The translations under genes and the position numbers were made by a program. A stretch of 64,000 bases of DNA from a virus: positions 29,915 to 93,914 of IMG/VR virus record IMGVR_UViG_3300020470_005894; one strand, written 5' to 3'. The notes under the pieces are model-generated. The model was given only the letters and a program-made list of their open reading frames with translations. It was not told the origin of the DNA and did no database searches. This document shows positions 38,509 to 48,563 of the stretch, in pieces. Positions within the stretch are counted from its first letter, which is position 1; the number at the start of each line of letters is the position of its first letter.

Positions 38509-38910
38509 TCACCTATTCTTAAAAAATTCGACGCTAAGAATTTTTGCAATATCTTCTGCTAGCTTGTCGGGCCTATCCTTGTTTTTTTCAATTGTTTCAG
38601 CAAGCTCTTTTTGTTTTTCAACTTCAAGCTCTTCAATTTTAATGTTGTGCTCTTCTTCAATCTTTTTGATTTCTTCAACATGCTCTTTGACAACTTCGTC
38701 TTTCTTAACGTCTTTTTCCTCATTAATTTCCTTAATTACTTTTATTTCTTTTTCATAATTTTCTTTTTGTTTGGATAGCATGCTAAACAACTTCTCTCTA
38801 GAAGAGCGGCCAGACATAGCAGAAAATATCAACAATACTATTATAACAGGCCAATACCAATAATGTTTAACCCATGTCCAGACTTTTTTCCAAAAAAGTG
38901 CAGTAAGCAT
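38509..38910 (-). CDS. N-terminal TM plus coiled-coil protein (i-spanin-like?)
   Basis: Trp-rich N-terminus, WPVIIVLLIFSAM helix, then a highly charged coiled coil. Confidence 0.5.
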   Translation of the reverse strand: MLTALFWKKVWTWVKHYWYWPVIIVLLIFSAMSGRSSREKLFSMLSKQKENYEKEIKVIKEINEEKDVKKDEVVKEHVEEIKKIEEEHNIKIEELEVEKQKELAETIEKNKDRPDKLAEDIAKILSVEFFKNR

Positions 38911-38920
38911 TTTTTAGCTC

Positions 38921-39376
38921 CTATAGATCGTCATCATCGTCGGGGACCACGGGGTGCTCTTGCATCTTTTGCTTGGCCAGTGGAGAAGAAAATAGCTGAA
39001 TAAGAGGGTCTTTGCCAACAGGCACAATCCTTGCGGCGCTTTGAAGCTTTTGTGCATTGGCCAAATTATCTGCTGTTTCTTCTTCCATTCCCACCGCGGT
39101 GGCGATTGCTCTAACCGCTTCAACTGAGATAGAATCTTGAAGTTCTTCTGGCAGAAGCGGAGGAAGACCATACTCCCTGCGGCCGGGTGTATTTTTCACT
39201 AAGTCATTGTACATGACAAACAGCTCACCTAAGAGAGTACCATATTCATCTAGATCGCCTGATTGGCCAAGAGCTTGGGCGCGCCTAGCATATTCCTTGG
39301 GTGATAAAGTCAAGCCCTCTGCTAACTGCTGTTCCTCGTTAACAAATCTTCTAAAGTTTTCAAAAAGCTCTTTCAT
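38921..39376 (-). CDS. Hypothetical protein, possible internal head protein
   Basis: Likely start MKELFENFRRFVNEE; acidic. Confidence 0.55.
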   Translation of the reverse strand: MKELFENFRRFVNEEQQLAEGLTLSPKEYARRAQALGQSGDLDEYGTLLGELFVMYNDLVKNTPGRREYGLPPLLPEELQDSISVEAVRAIATAVGMEEETADNLANAQKLQSAARIVPVGKDPLIQLFSSPLAKQKMQEHPVVPDDDDDL

Positions 39377-39378
39377 AT

Positions 39379-39573
39379 TCAGCTCCCATGCTTCCACTTT
39401 GTTGCTAAGTCAACCAAAGCTTGTGACCCGATGTAAGCTAGCGTCACCGCAACCCAATCTTCACTTGTTAGGGCATTCATATATACTAGGTATGTAGCAG
39501 TACCCCATGCCAAAAACTTTCTTGAGATAAATCTCTCAGTGTGCTTGTCAAGCCATGCTCTTACTTCTGCCAT
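39379..39573 (-). CDS. Small two-TM membrane protein, putative holin
   Basis: ISRKFLAW...WVAVTLAYIGSQALVD; 64 aa; own SD and upstream late-type motif. Confidence 0.55.
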   Translation of the reverse strand: MAEVRAWLDKHTERFISRKFLAWGTATYLVYMNALTSEDWVAVTLAYIGSQALVDLATKWKHGS

Positions 39574-39602
39574 TGTTTTGGTCTCCTAATATACTAAATA
39601 GT

Positions 39603-42600
39603 TCATTCATTTACATATGCCTTTCCATTTATTTTCTCAATCATAATCTGACTATCAACAATGTCTTTGAGAGAATCTAAGTGAGAGATTAAAAGCACAG
39701 TCTTAAACTGTGTTTTGATCATATCTAGAATTCTAATGAAGCCTTCCATATTTTCTGCGTCTAAAGCTGTCCCGGGCTCATCTAAAATAAATATATCTCC
39801 CTTTGGAAGGGTGGAGACATTCAACAAAGCTAATCGGATCGCCATGGCTGCAATTGTTTTTTCTGCTCCAGACCCCATCTCGATAGGTCTTGCGTCATAG
39901 CTTGGGTGCTTGATAAGAATGTCTAGCTTTTTATCATCATTTTCAAAAAAGATATCAAATTCAACAATATTGGTTAAAATCTTTGAAATCTCGTCGTTGA
40001 TTAAAGGCAGGCGTTTTTTAATGATATCATAAGATATGCCATTTGGATGTGTACATCTCATAAATAAGTCTGCAGTTGTATACTCTTCCTGCATATCTAA
40101 AAATTTCTGCTTATGTTCTTTTAATTCTGTATTTTTTTGTTCATATCTGCCAACTGAGGTATACAAATCAATAAGATTTTTCTTTAAAACAACTGACTCA
40201 TCGTTACAGAAGTCAATTTGTTTGCTAATTTTATCTCTCTCAAGAACTAATTGTTCAAAATTTTCAATAACTTCTCTATTTTGCTCATATAATTGTTCTT
40301 TCTCCTCTAAATTTTCTAAGAAATTTTTTGCTTTCAAGAGTTTAATTTTATCTTTTTCAACATCAATCTCTAATTGTGAAACATCTTCACGCTTTGTAAC
40401 TCTTTTCTCCATTAAAAGCTGATATTTATCATAGTATTCGTTAATTTTGTGAGTATCAAGCTCTTTTAATTTTGAATTAATTGTTATCTTATTAAGAGAA
40501 AGTTGGTTAATTCCTATCTTTACTCTATTGGTATCGTCCAAAGTGTTTCTGGCATCTTTAACAAAATGACAACGATCGCTAAGTTTTATAGAGCATGGGA
40601 TATTTTTTAGAAGATTTAATTTTGTATCAATTACTCCTCTTCTGGCCTCATATGTTAAGATCTCCTCTTCAATTTGTTGCAGCCTCTGTGTATATTCACT
40701 AGCAATTTGTTTTTTAGAATTAACGTCTTCAATGTCAAAGCCATTAAGGAAATTTTCAATTTTCTGTAAAAAGTTTTTTTCATTTACCAGTGCCTCCTTC
40801 TTTTTTGTTAGGTTGACATCTAGTATTGTAGCCTGCTTTTTAATCTTCTTGAGGTCTCTAACTACTTTCTTGATATCAACCACTTCTTCTGGAATAGAGT
40901 TGATTTGATGCTCAATATTTTTAAAATTGTCTTGTAAAATTCTTAATTCTTCTAATTTTTGCTTCTCTAGTCTCTGCTGGTTGAGCATCTTAGTTTCAAT
41001 GCGCGCAAATTCAGTATTTGACAGCTGAATTTCGCTATCAAAATCCCTATCTTCCATCTTTCTTATCGCGCCTTTTAAATCAGAACAATCATCTTTTACT
41101 AATTTAAACTTTTTTTCAAAAATTTCTAAATCTAAAAACTTAGCTAAAATTTCTTTTCTACGTGTAGAGCCTTCGTTAATATATGAAAGAGAGTCTAGTT
41201 GGCTAGCCATTGAAGTAGTCAAAAAATCATCGATAGTGCCGAAAATTTTACGTATATTTTTATCTGTTTCATTTCTGGTAATCCCATTCAATGGTGTTTC
41301 TGTACCAGTTGCGTTATCATATACAGAAAATTCTATATCTGTTTTTGCCTCATCAGTTTTTTTGCCTTTTAGAGTCTTTACATACTTTTTACTAACTCTT
41401 TCAATTTTATATGTCTTTGTACCAATATCAATTTCAACATAACCGCGGCAATCCTGCTCTTCTTGGTTGATTAAATTAAAATTACGACGATTATTCTTTG
41501 ATGTAGTATTGTAGATCGTATATAACATACTGTCAATAATACTAGATTTTCCAGAAAAATTCTTTCCCAAAATACCAACAACACCGTCTAACTTTGAAAA
41601 ATCAATCGAGTTGGATTCACCATAATTAAAGAGATTATCCCACTCTAGCTTCTTTAGCTTCCAATTGATGTTTCTTCGTATGTCCTCTTCTTCTTCAACT
41701 ACAGTATTGTATTTACGATTCATTTCATAAACCCGCTTAAGGGTTTCATCGTCTGGCTGATAATCGTTTAAATACTCATTAATAAACTGCTCTTGCACTG
41801 CAATATCACGAAGATCTTCCTGAAAAAAAGAATTTGTTAAAGATTCTACGCTGCCTCTCTCTCCCGCAGATCTGCTAAGATAAGTCACGCTCTCTGGTTT
41901 AAATCGAACCTTTGCAACATCGACCGCGCGGCGTACAACATCTAAAGGTAAGTTATTCTCAGAAATAAGCCTTAATCTAGCACTTTTTTGTACATTTAGC
42001 TTGTTAGGCAGCCTACCCTTAGGAGTAAGCTTAACAGTTACAAAAGGTTTAGGATTTTGCAAAATTATATGCTTACAGGTAAAGTTATCTTTATCTAGAA
42101 TGTCCCATAATAGAAAACCCTTGTCGTTTGTTTCGCCATGGTTTTGTTGCACCGTTGATCCGCAGTATCTAATTTTACCACTTTTGTCGAGCGACTGGTT
42201 GGTTTTGTGAATATCTCCAAGAAAACCATAGTCGAAATTATTAAAAATGTTGATATCATCGTCGCCATGCTCCATTTTCCAGCCAGTATCAGTCTTTACG
42301 CCGCCAACAGAACCGTGATACAAAGCAATATTAATTCGCTCATAGCTGGTGGGATTCTGCCAATTGTCTCTGTCAAAAACTGAAAGAACGTTAATAGTAA
42401 ATTGATCATCTAATCTCACCTCCCCTGAGTCCTTAAGTAAATATAAGCTTGGATGATTTAAAGCAGAAACTATAGGTGTTAAAGCATCTTGGCGGCTTGA
42501 GTTTTTTAAATTACCGTCATGGTTGCCAAGAATCACGTAAGTTGGTGCAATATCCGCCAAGTTTCTAAGAAAATCCGAACACATCTCAACAAACTCAGGG

Positions 42601-42764
42601 CTTATTTGAGTTTTTGTATGTGCGATATCACCACAATGAATAATAAAATCTGGCTTTTCTTTTAAAAGCTTCTTATAAAGTTGTTTAAAAACTTCTCTAT
42701 ATTCTTTGTGGTATTTTAAATTACGAATATGTGTATCTGCTAGATGAGCAAATTTCATATACAC
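39603..42764 (-). CDS. Fused Mre11/SbcD nuclease and Rad50/SbcC ATPase (gp47-gp46 fusion)
   Basis: Phosphoesterase motifs DTH, GD, GNHD, GDIH; Walker A GKNFSGKSS; long coiled coil; signature GSGAE; Walker B ILDEP; H-loop ISH. Confidence 0.92.
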   Translation of the reverse strand: MYMKFAHLADTHIRNLKYHKEYREVFKQLYKKLLKEKPDFIIHCGDIAHTKTQISPEFVEMCSDFLRNLADIAPTYVILGNHDGNLKNSSRQDALTPIVSALNHPSLYLLKDSGEVRLDDQFTINVLSVFDRDNWQNPTSYERINIALYHGSVGGVKTDTGWKMEHGDDDINIFNNFDYGFLGDIHKTNQSLDKSGKIRYCGSTVQQNHGETNDKGFLLWDILDKDNFTCKHIILQNPKPFVTVKLTPKGRLPNKLNVQKSARLRLISENNLPLDVVRRAVDVAKVRFKPESVTYLSRSAGERGSVESLTNSFFQEDLRDIAVQEQFINEYLNDYQPDDETLKRVYEMNRKYNTVVEEEEDIRRNINWKLKKLEWDNLFNYGESNSIDFSKLDGVVGILGKNFSGKSSIIDSMLYTIYNTTSKNNRRNFNLINQEEQDCRGYVEIDIGTKTYKIERVSKKYVKTLKGKKTDEAKTDIEFSVYDNATGTETPLNGITRNETDKNIRKIFGTIDDFLTTSMASQLDSLSYINEGSTRRKEILAKFLDLEIFEKKFKLVKDDCSDLKGAIRKMEDRDFDSEIQLSNTEFARIETKMLNQQRLEKQKLEELRILQDNFKNIEHQINSIPEEVVDIKKVVRDLKKIKKQATILDVNLTKKKEALVNEKNFLQKIENFLNGFDIEDVNSKKQIASEYTQRLQQIEEEILTYEARRGVIDTKLNLLKNIPCSIKLSDRCHFVKDARNTLDDTNRVKIGINQLSLNKITINSKLKELDTHKINEYYDKYQLLMEKRVTKREDVSQLEIDVEKDKIKLLKAKNFLENLEEKEQLYEQNREVIENFEQLVLERDKISKQIDFCNDESVVLKKNLIDLYTSVGRYEQKNTELKEHKQKFLDMQEEYTTADLFMRCTHPNGISYDIIKKRLPLINDEISKILTNIVEFDIFFENDDKKLDILIKHPSYDARPIEMGSGAEKTIAAMAIRLALLNVSTLPKGDIFILDEPGTALDAENMEGFIRILDMIKTQFKTVLLISHLDSLKDIVDSQIMIEKINGKAYVNE

Positions 42765-42814
42765 TCCTGCGTCTTAGATAAAAATAAGTACGCAACAAAA
42801 TTAATAAAGAAAAA

Positions 42815-43561
42815 TTACTTTTTTTGATCTTTAGAGTCGCCGGTCTTTTCTTTTGAATCTTTATCTTTTGATCGACGCGGTGCTGTCGCTCTCATATTTT
42901 GTCGCGTCTGAACGCTGTCTACATCTTCACCGGTCTCAACAGAAATTAAATCGTCAATGCTTGTTCCAAGCTCAGCAATGCCACGACTTAGTTGAGGTTG
43001 AGATTGGCTCAAGAGGCCTGTCATTTGTTTGATTAGTTCATTTGTTTGCGCCAACAACTGTTCTATCTCTGGAGCATCGCCTCTTTTAAGTTGAACGCCC
43101 AATTTATCAGTTGTAGATATGTCTGCTATATTTACATCTTGATCTATTGATTTTGATGCGCCAAGGGCCGCGGCTCCCAAGCCGGCTGACCCAAGAGCTG
43201 TTCCGACGCCAGCTCCGCCGGCTGCAGCCGAGCCTTTGCCGCCTTTACGGCCCTTTGGAAAAAGATTTTTCAACCAATTCATCAGTTTACCCCCAAAGGC
43301 TGAGGCGCCTGCCCGAGCACCTAAAGCTCCTCCAGAGCCCAATGCTCCTACTGCGGCTGCTGGGGCAACCTCCATTAGTTGGTCTGCCTCGGCTGCAGGA
43401 GGTTGTTCGAGGGCGCCAACACCTAAAGTAGCCATGGGATTTGCGACATCAAAATCTGGCAAAATAGTTGCAAAAGCTTGCTCAACTTCCATCTCTCCAT
43501 AGTTGTCAACCAACCTTTGTACTTCTGCTAAAAATTTATCAATAACTTGTTCTAAAGACAT
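42815..43561 (-). CDS. Hypothetical Gly/Ala-rich protein, possible internal or ejected virion protein
   Basis: Glycine-zipper-like segments; late-type motif about 26 nt upstream. Confidence 0.5.
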   Translation of the reverse strand: MSLEQVIDKFLAEVQRLVDNYGEMEVEQAFATILPDFDVANPMATLGVGALEQPPAAEADQLMEVAPAAAVGALGSGGALGARAGASAFGGKLMNWLKNLFPKGRKGGKGSAAAGGAGVGTALGSAGLGAAALGASKSIDQDVNIADISTTDKLGVQLKRGDAPEIEQLLAQTNELIKQMTGLLSQSQPQLSRGIAELGTSIDDLISVETGEDVDSVQTRQNMRATAPRRSKDKDSKEKTGDSKDQKK

Positions 43562-43562
43562 A

Positions 43563-44516
43563 CTATATACCTCGTATTCTATTAATTAAATAGTTATCTA
43601 ATGTCAAAAGGGAAGCAGACTCTTTTCTGTTGATAAATTCTTCATTTGTCATTTCGCCTACATCGTTATATGGAGCTACGTCAATATTGTAAAGTTCAAT
43701 TCCATACTTTAAAAATAATTTAATTATATTATCAATTTTTTTTTGTACATCTGCGTCTAAAGCTAAGTAAACCTTAGTGTCATTTTCAATAATTTTTTTA
43801 AAAATCTTCGAATTATAAGTTAGTGTGGATCCTAAAAGAGGCACAGAGTTGAAGCCAGCTTTCATAGCATCAAATACGCCCTCAACAATTGTAATCTCTT
43901 CAGTAAAATCTAAGTACAACTCATTAAAAATTATATTTTTTTTAATATTAGGATTAATATATTTTGGCCATGTATTCGAATAACTTCTGCCAATATAGTA
44001 GTTTATATCACCGTCATTGTCAAAAGAAGGCACTACAATCCTACTAGCGTACTCTCCAGTTGGGCAGAAACCAATCTTCCATTTTAAAATATCTTCTCTA
44101 GAGATGCCTCTAGACTCTAAATAATTTAAAGCCGGAAGCGCGTTTCTTGGCAAGCTTGTATTTGCAAGTGAAATATAACTTAATGGTAAATCAACTTTTT
44201 GTGTTTCTTCTGCAGAATTTTGTTTTCCAAATAACTTATCAGCAAAATCGTTAATCTCTACTTGTTGATTAAGTTTTCTCCATTCCTGCTTCTGCTTGTA
44301 GTTTCCAAAACTTCGAATAATTTTATATAAATTTCTTCCAGACCAATCACAAACCCAACACTTGAAAAAACCTTTTTCTGTGTTAACAGATAATTTTCTT
44401 TTGTGATGGTCGCACTTGGGGCACTTAAACAATATTTGTTTTTCACTTTCTCTGTGAAAATATCCAAGAATATCTTTTAAAATTTTTAATTTTTCTTCTT
44501 CTGACAATCCAGCCAT
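43563..44516 (-). CDS. DNA primase (DnaG/gp61-like)
   Basis: Zinc finger CPKC...CWVC, YLESRGI, TOPRIM IVEGVFDAM and LALDAD, DVGEM. Exact start uncertain. Confidence 0.9.
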   Translation of the reverse strand: MAGLSEEEKLKILKDILGYFHRESEKQILFKCPKCDHHKRKLSVNTEKGFFKCWVCDWSGRNLYKIIRSFGNYKQKQEWRKLNQQVEINDFADKLFGKQNSAEETQKVDLPLSYISLANTSLPRNALPALNYLESRGISREDILKWKIGFCPTGEYASRIVVPSFDNDGDINYYIGRSYSNTWPKYINPNIKKNIIFNELYLDFTEEITIVEGVFDAMKAGFNSVPLLGSTLTYNSKIFKKIIENDTKVYLALDADVQKKIDNIIKLFLKYGIELYNIDVAPYNDVGEMTNEEFINRKESASLLTLDNYLINRIRGI

Positions 44517-45004
44517 CCTGCACGTGCTATCACCCAACTATCTGCCATGTCATAGCAATGAGGCTTTGGATTTCCGTGCTTAGTATATTCTATAAGAACA
44601 TCTGGCACGTTGTCAATTACATATTCTATAACACACTTTTTAGCTTTTTGACCTTTTGGTACTTTTATACCTGCTAGTTTTCTAGCGGAAGTTGCGGCAA
44701 TATATTCTGGTTCAAGGCCCCAGATTTCATAGCAAATCCAAGAGACAGCTCCGTTAAATCTGGATAAGGTTGATAAAGTTCTTGCAGAAGAAAAGCCAGA
44801 TCTAAAAGATTGCAAAGATTGTTCAATATATATTTTTTCAGGATCGGTAATAATTGTTTCTAGCCTTGCTTTAACGACTTCTACCTTATCAAAAAAACTT
44901 TTATATTTTCTAGTATCGATTGCAAAATTATAGTCAATCTTGCCTGAGCAATCTATAACAGTTACGCCAGTTATACTGGTGCTAATATCTAAACCTATAA
45001 TCAT
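44486..45004 (-). CDS. RuvC-like Holliday junction resolvase
   Basis: IIGLDISTSITG, IYIEQ and DMADSWVIA acidic catalytic motifs. Confidence 0.8.
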   Translation of the reverse strand: MIIGLDISTSITGVTVIDCSGKIDYNFAIDTRKYKSFFDKVEVVKARLETIITDPEKIYIEQSLQSFRSGFSSARTLSTLSRFNGAVSWICYEIWGLEPEYIAATSARKLAGIKVPKGQKAKKCVIEYVIDNVPDVLIEYTKHGNPKPHCYDMADSWVIARAGWLDCQKKKN

Positions 45005-45010
45005 GATATT

Positions 45011-45039
45011 ATTATATCATATGTCTAATTTAAGTTTAA
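45011..45039 (-). promoter_or_regulatory. Extended -10 promoter (TGA-TATAAT) 6 nt before the ruvC-like ATG
   Basis: Minus strand ttaaac-N17-TATAAT-aatatc-ATG with TG upstream of the -10; no SD present. Confidence 0.45.
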
Positions 45040-46228
45040 ATGTATAAGAGCGTTCTTCAAGCTTTCTTACTGGATTGGCGACGCCAGCGATTGCAATTAA
45101 ATTTTTGTCTTTATCATATATACCAATTTTAGATATATAAGTTACTGGCTTAAAGCTAGCGCTATAGTTTGTGTGACTGCTAGAAACAATGTTTTTGATT
45201 TCATTTCTAGCATCCTCATGAAATATAAACGACGAAGAAAAAGTGCGTAACATTGTACCAGATAAAAATGTTGGATTGTTTGAAAAATTAAGCTCATTTT
45301 CTTTAGCATGCGCAAACATTGTTACTGTATTTACATAATCTTGGCCATTGAATTCAATTGAATAACTTGAAGATGGTGCATTTGCAGCTGAGCCGGTGGC
45401 ACCAAAATTATACCACGAAGCACTGGTTGCGCTAGGGAAACTAGAGTCTGCGTTAAGCGGATCATACATCTCCATATGTGCAGACCCCCCGGAAGCCTCA
45501 GAAAATATGGGGGAACTTGAAGTTAATACTAAAAAACCCTCATTATATAAAGCAACACCAATCTCTTGACCAGTGGTTGATCCAGAGGTTTGATACAATA
45601 CACCATTTCTTTTTGTATCAGCAGCTTCGGCTAAAAGTGTACCAGTGACATAGTATTTTAATCTTATGCTTCCTTTTTGTATGCTAGATCCGTAAAATAT
45701 AGAAGGGATGCTTACAATATTTAATTTTTGATCTGGTTTGTTCCCTAAAGAAGATGAGTAAGCATAATGTGGACTCAACACAGTGTGGTAGTTAAGAGTG
45801 CTTTCTAATGCGTATAAAACTTTTTTCTTATCAGCTGAAAAAGTTGTTCCGTACTTATCAACAGAAATTCCAGCTAGCATTGGATAAGAGCCACTGAGAA
45901 TGTCACCGTAAACAAAATCATTATTAAAAGAATCTGTGCTGATTGTTTTAAAACTAGAAAAAGAGCCGTTTTTTGATACAAATGGATATACCATTTGTGA
46001 ATCAGTACTAGAAGATACTAGATTGCGGTTTACATTTATTTCATGTAAATTAATTTTTCCATTAGGCGTATGATAATTTTGCGCGCTTTGGTTTTCTTCA
46101 TTATAATATATCGATCCAGACCATATTAAAAAACTGACTTTTGGAAAAACCTTTATTCGGTTTCGAAATATATCAGATTTTTCAAATTTGTGGTAGTTTC
46201 CATACTTCGGGGTATGTGATGGCATCAT
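45017..46228 (-). CDS. Structural protein (baseplate or fibre attachment)
   Basis: C-terminal YISKIGIYDKDKNLIAIA...PVRK...FKLKLDI, shared with the neighbouring gene. Confidence 0.55.
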   Translation of the reverse strand: MMPSHTPKYGNYHKFEKSDIFRNRIKVFPKVSFLIWSGSIYYNEENQSAQNYHTPNGKINLHEINVNRNLVSSSTDSQMVYPFVSKNGSFSSFKTISTDSFNNDFVYGDILSGSYPMLAGISVDKYGTTFSADKKKVLYALESTLNYHTVLSPHYAYSSSLGNKPDQKLNIVSIPSIFYGSSIQKGSIRLKYYVTGTLLAEAADTKRNGVLYQTSGSTTGQEIGVALYNEGFLVLTSSSPIFSEASGGSAHMEMYDPLNADSSFPSATSASWYNFGATGSAANAPSSSYSIEFNGQDYVNTVTMFAHAKENELNFSNNPTFLSGTMLRTFSSSFIFHEDARNEIKNIVSSSHTNYSASFKPVTYISKIGIYDKDKNLIAIAGVANPVRKLEERSYTFKLKLDI

Positions 46229-46236
46229 TTCCCCCC

Positions 46237-47427
46237 TTAGTAGTCAAGCCTTACCCTCAGAGTCAACTCAGTATTAGGATCTTTTCTGATTGGTTCTGAT
46301 AATTTAGCAACCGCCATTAATTCATTGTCTGGTGAATATAAACCGACAGAAGTAATATAAGTTACTGGTAAGTCAGAAACATTATTTTTTACAACAATCT
46401 TGCTGTTAGAAACATAAGTTGGGTTGCTGCTGTAGTTATATTCATTGTGGTTAACACGACAGAAATGAATGGCAGAATTTAATTCAATAGTATTATTAAA
46501 GTCTATGTCATATATTCTATGTCTAAAGGCTTTTGCTAGTTCTTCAATAGTTCCTTTTTGCTGTGCGACATGCATATTGATTCCGCCAACATTAGTTTGG
46601 CCACCGTCGTCGGTCCAAGTCTCGCCTCCAGCCTGGAATAAAGGCGCCTTTGTCATCGCTGTACCTACAGAGCGCCATTTTCCAGAATCAGAGAAAAATG
46701 ACGACGTCAAGGCTATAATGCCTGCTTGGTAGAATATAAGGCCAACACCAGAATGATTCCCGCCGCTTGAGCCGTCATATGCTTGTGACCCAGTAAATAA
46801 TATTCCATAATCGCCAGCGGGACATGTGCGGAACTCGTTTGCAGCACCAAAATCAGCAACTGTTGTCAGCTCATAAAGGTTGCGTATGCCATTCTGCCCA
46901 CCAGGGTAAGATCCAGATCCGGCGGCCGCGATGGCGCCTGCTGACCCAGAGCGAAACAATTGCATCGAGAACGATCCTTTCTTGATTTCATCTTTGACCA
47001 ACAAGCGTGAGAAGTTTATGAAAAAACACTGGTTCATCATATCATAATTGATTACAGCGTTATCATCACCAATTGCGCCATCTGATTCAAATTTTCTAAT
47101 ACTGCCGCTTATATCATAACCAAATAAAACCTGAGCCATCTGATTGTAGATATTTAACTTTTTAGCATTTTGTGTATAGGCACTGGCACTAGCATTAGCA
47201 CTAATTCCAAAAGTAACATCAAAAATTTGATTTGCTGAAGAGCTTAAGTACGGATAATCGTAAACTGAATTGAACATTCCATGTGAAAAATTCTTAACAT
47301 TATGCTCTGTATTATCAGTGTTGTAGGTTCCAGAAGCAATTGTTCCTGTGATAGGAATTGCCTCATGAAGCATTGTTCTCGTATTTACTATATCGTCGCC
47401 TAGTAACGGTTTATAAGTTTTAGCCAT
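46237..47427 (-). CDS. Structural protein (baseplate or fibre attachment), paralogous to 45017-46228
   Basis: C-terminal NYSSNPTY...YITSVGLYSPDNELMAVAKLSEPIRK...LRVRLDY. Confidence 0.55.
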   Translation of the reverse strand: MAKTYKPLLGDDIVNTRTMLHEAIPITGTIASGTYNTDNTEHNVKNFSHGMFNSVYDYPYLSSSANQIFDVTFGISANASASAYTQNAKKLNIYNQMAQVLFGYDISGSIRKFESDGAIGDDNAVINYDMMNQCFFINFSRLLVKDEIKKGSFSMQLFRSGSAGAIAAAGSGSYPGGQNGIRNLYELTTVADFGAANEFRTCPAGDYGILFTGSQAYDGSSGGNHSGVGLIFYQAGIIALTSSFFSDSGKWRSVGTAMTKAPLFQAGGETWTDDGGQTNVGGINMHVAQQKGTIEELAKAFRHRIYDIDFNNTIELNSAIHFCRVNHNEYNYSSNPTYVSNSKIVVKNNVSDLPVTYITSVGLYSPDNELMAVAKLSEPIRKDPNTELTLRVRLDY

Positions 47428-47438
47428 AATTCTCTACC

Positions 47439-48563
47439 TTATTGAATTTTTATGTAACGTACAGGAATATCTAATCTGTAGCCAGTATTCGCCCCTATAA
47501 CTCGGACAGTTGTATCAATCTTGTAAATTTTCATTCCAGCGCTGGAAACTAGTCCATCGTCTGTTCCGAACCCCAATAAATTGCCTGATGCGTTTGCGTC
47601 CTCCGAGTCGCCAAGTTGTTCGAACAAATAAGTTGAATTCTTTAATTCTTGTGAGGCCTCAATTCTAAAATGCAAAGTGCTACCTCTTGGCCCGTCAAAA
47701 ACTTGAGGGTTGTTACCAGCTAGCGCTGCTGCAGTGGTGCGCGTTTCGTTAGCAGGTACAAGATTAGCGGGGTTAACATAACTATCACTAGTGAGATAGT
47801 AAGTAGCAATATTGTCGTCATCAATAAAATTAACAGGAGCAATATTCTCACTATTTGATTGTTTAATTCTTCCTAGTCTATAGTCCATCTCTATTATATA
47901 GGCAGTCTCCATCAAATCAGTGTCCATGCCAATTGACGGTGCAATTTGATTTGTATCTAATCCTTGATCAACACGTATCATATGATAAGCTGGAGCATGA
48001 TCAGATTCACCTGGAGTGTAACCTTGTATGCAGCCTCTAATATGAGATCCTAAGTCAATTGACTTGTTCAAATCACTAGTGGACGCCTCAGTTCTGTACT
48101 GAAAAATACGAACAAAAGTATCATTATCAACAGCTACCACAAATCCGTTATAGTATACATTAGCATCGCCGCTTAGGGCTAGGCCAGGCGGAGTTCTTCT
48201 GAATAGCCCTGATGAACCCGCTTGAGCGTCTGGCACAATACCGTCATAACCGTTATTTGCATCGTTTAATTTTAAAACAGGCATATATAATACGTTTGTC
48301 CTGCCCATTGTCATCAACCTGGATTTAACAGCAGCAGAGTTATTAGTAAAAGCTTCCAATATTGGAGTCTGCAAGATTTCTAAGTCATAGTACGCGCTTC
48401 CGCTAGCATGGTTTTTGTTGTATAAAGCATAATTTATCTCGTCATCACCTAAAGCAAATTTCGAAATTTTAAAGCTCCCATCGCCTTGAGCAAGACGAAG
48501 ACGTCCAGTGTCAGTTAGTACGGCGTCAAGAATGATGTCGCCTGAATTATCCAAAAAAGCCAT
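47439..48563 (-). CDS. Structural protein (baseplate-associated)
   Basis: N-terminal LDAVLTDTGRLRLAQGDGSFKISKFALGDDEINY; late-type motif upstream. Confidence 0.55.
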   Translation of the reverse strand: MAFLDNSGDIILDAVLTDTGRLRLAQGDGSFKISKFALGDDEINYALYNKNHASGSAYYDLEILQTPILEAFTNNSAAVKSRLMTMGRTNVLYMPVLKLNDANNGYDGIVPDAQAGSSGLFRRTPPGLALSGDANVYYNGFVVAVDNDTFVRIFQYRTEASTSDLNKSIDLGSHIRGCIQGYTPGESDHAPAYHMIRVDQGLDTNQIAPSIGMDTDLMETAYIIEMDYRLGRIKQSNSENIAPVNFIDDDNIATYYLTSDSYVNPANLVPANETRTTAAALAGNNPQVFDGPRGSTLHFRIEASQELKNSTYLFEQLGDSEDANASGNLLGFGTDDGLVSSAGMKIYKIDTTVRVIGANTGYRLDIPVRYIKIQ

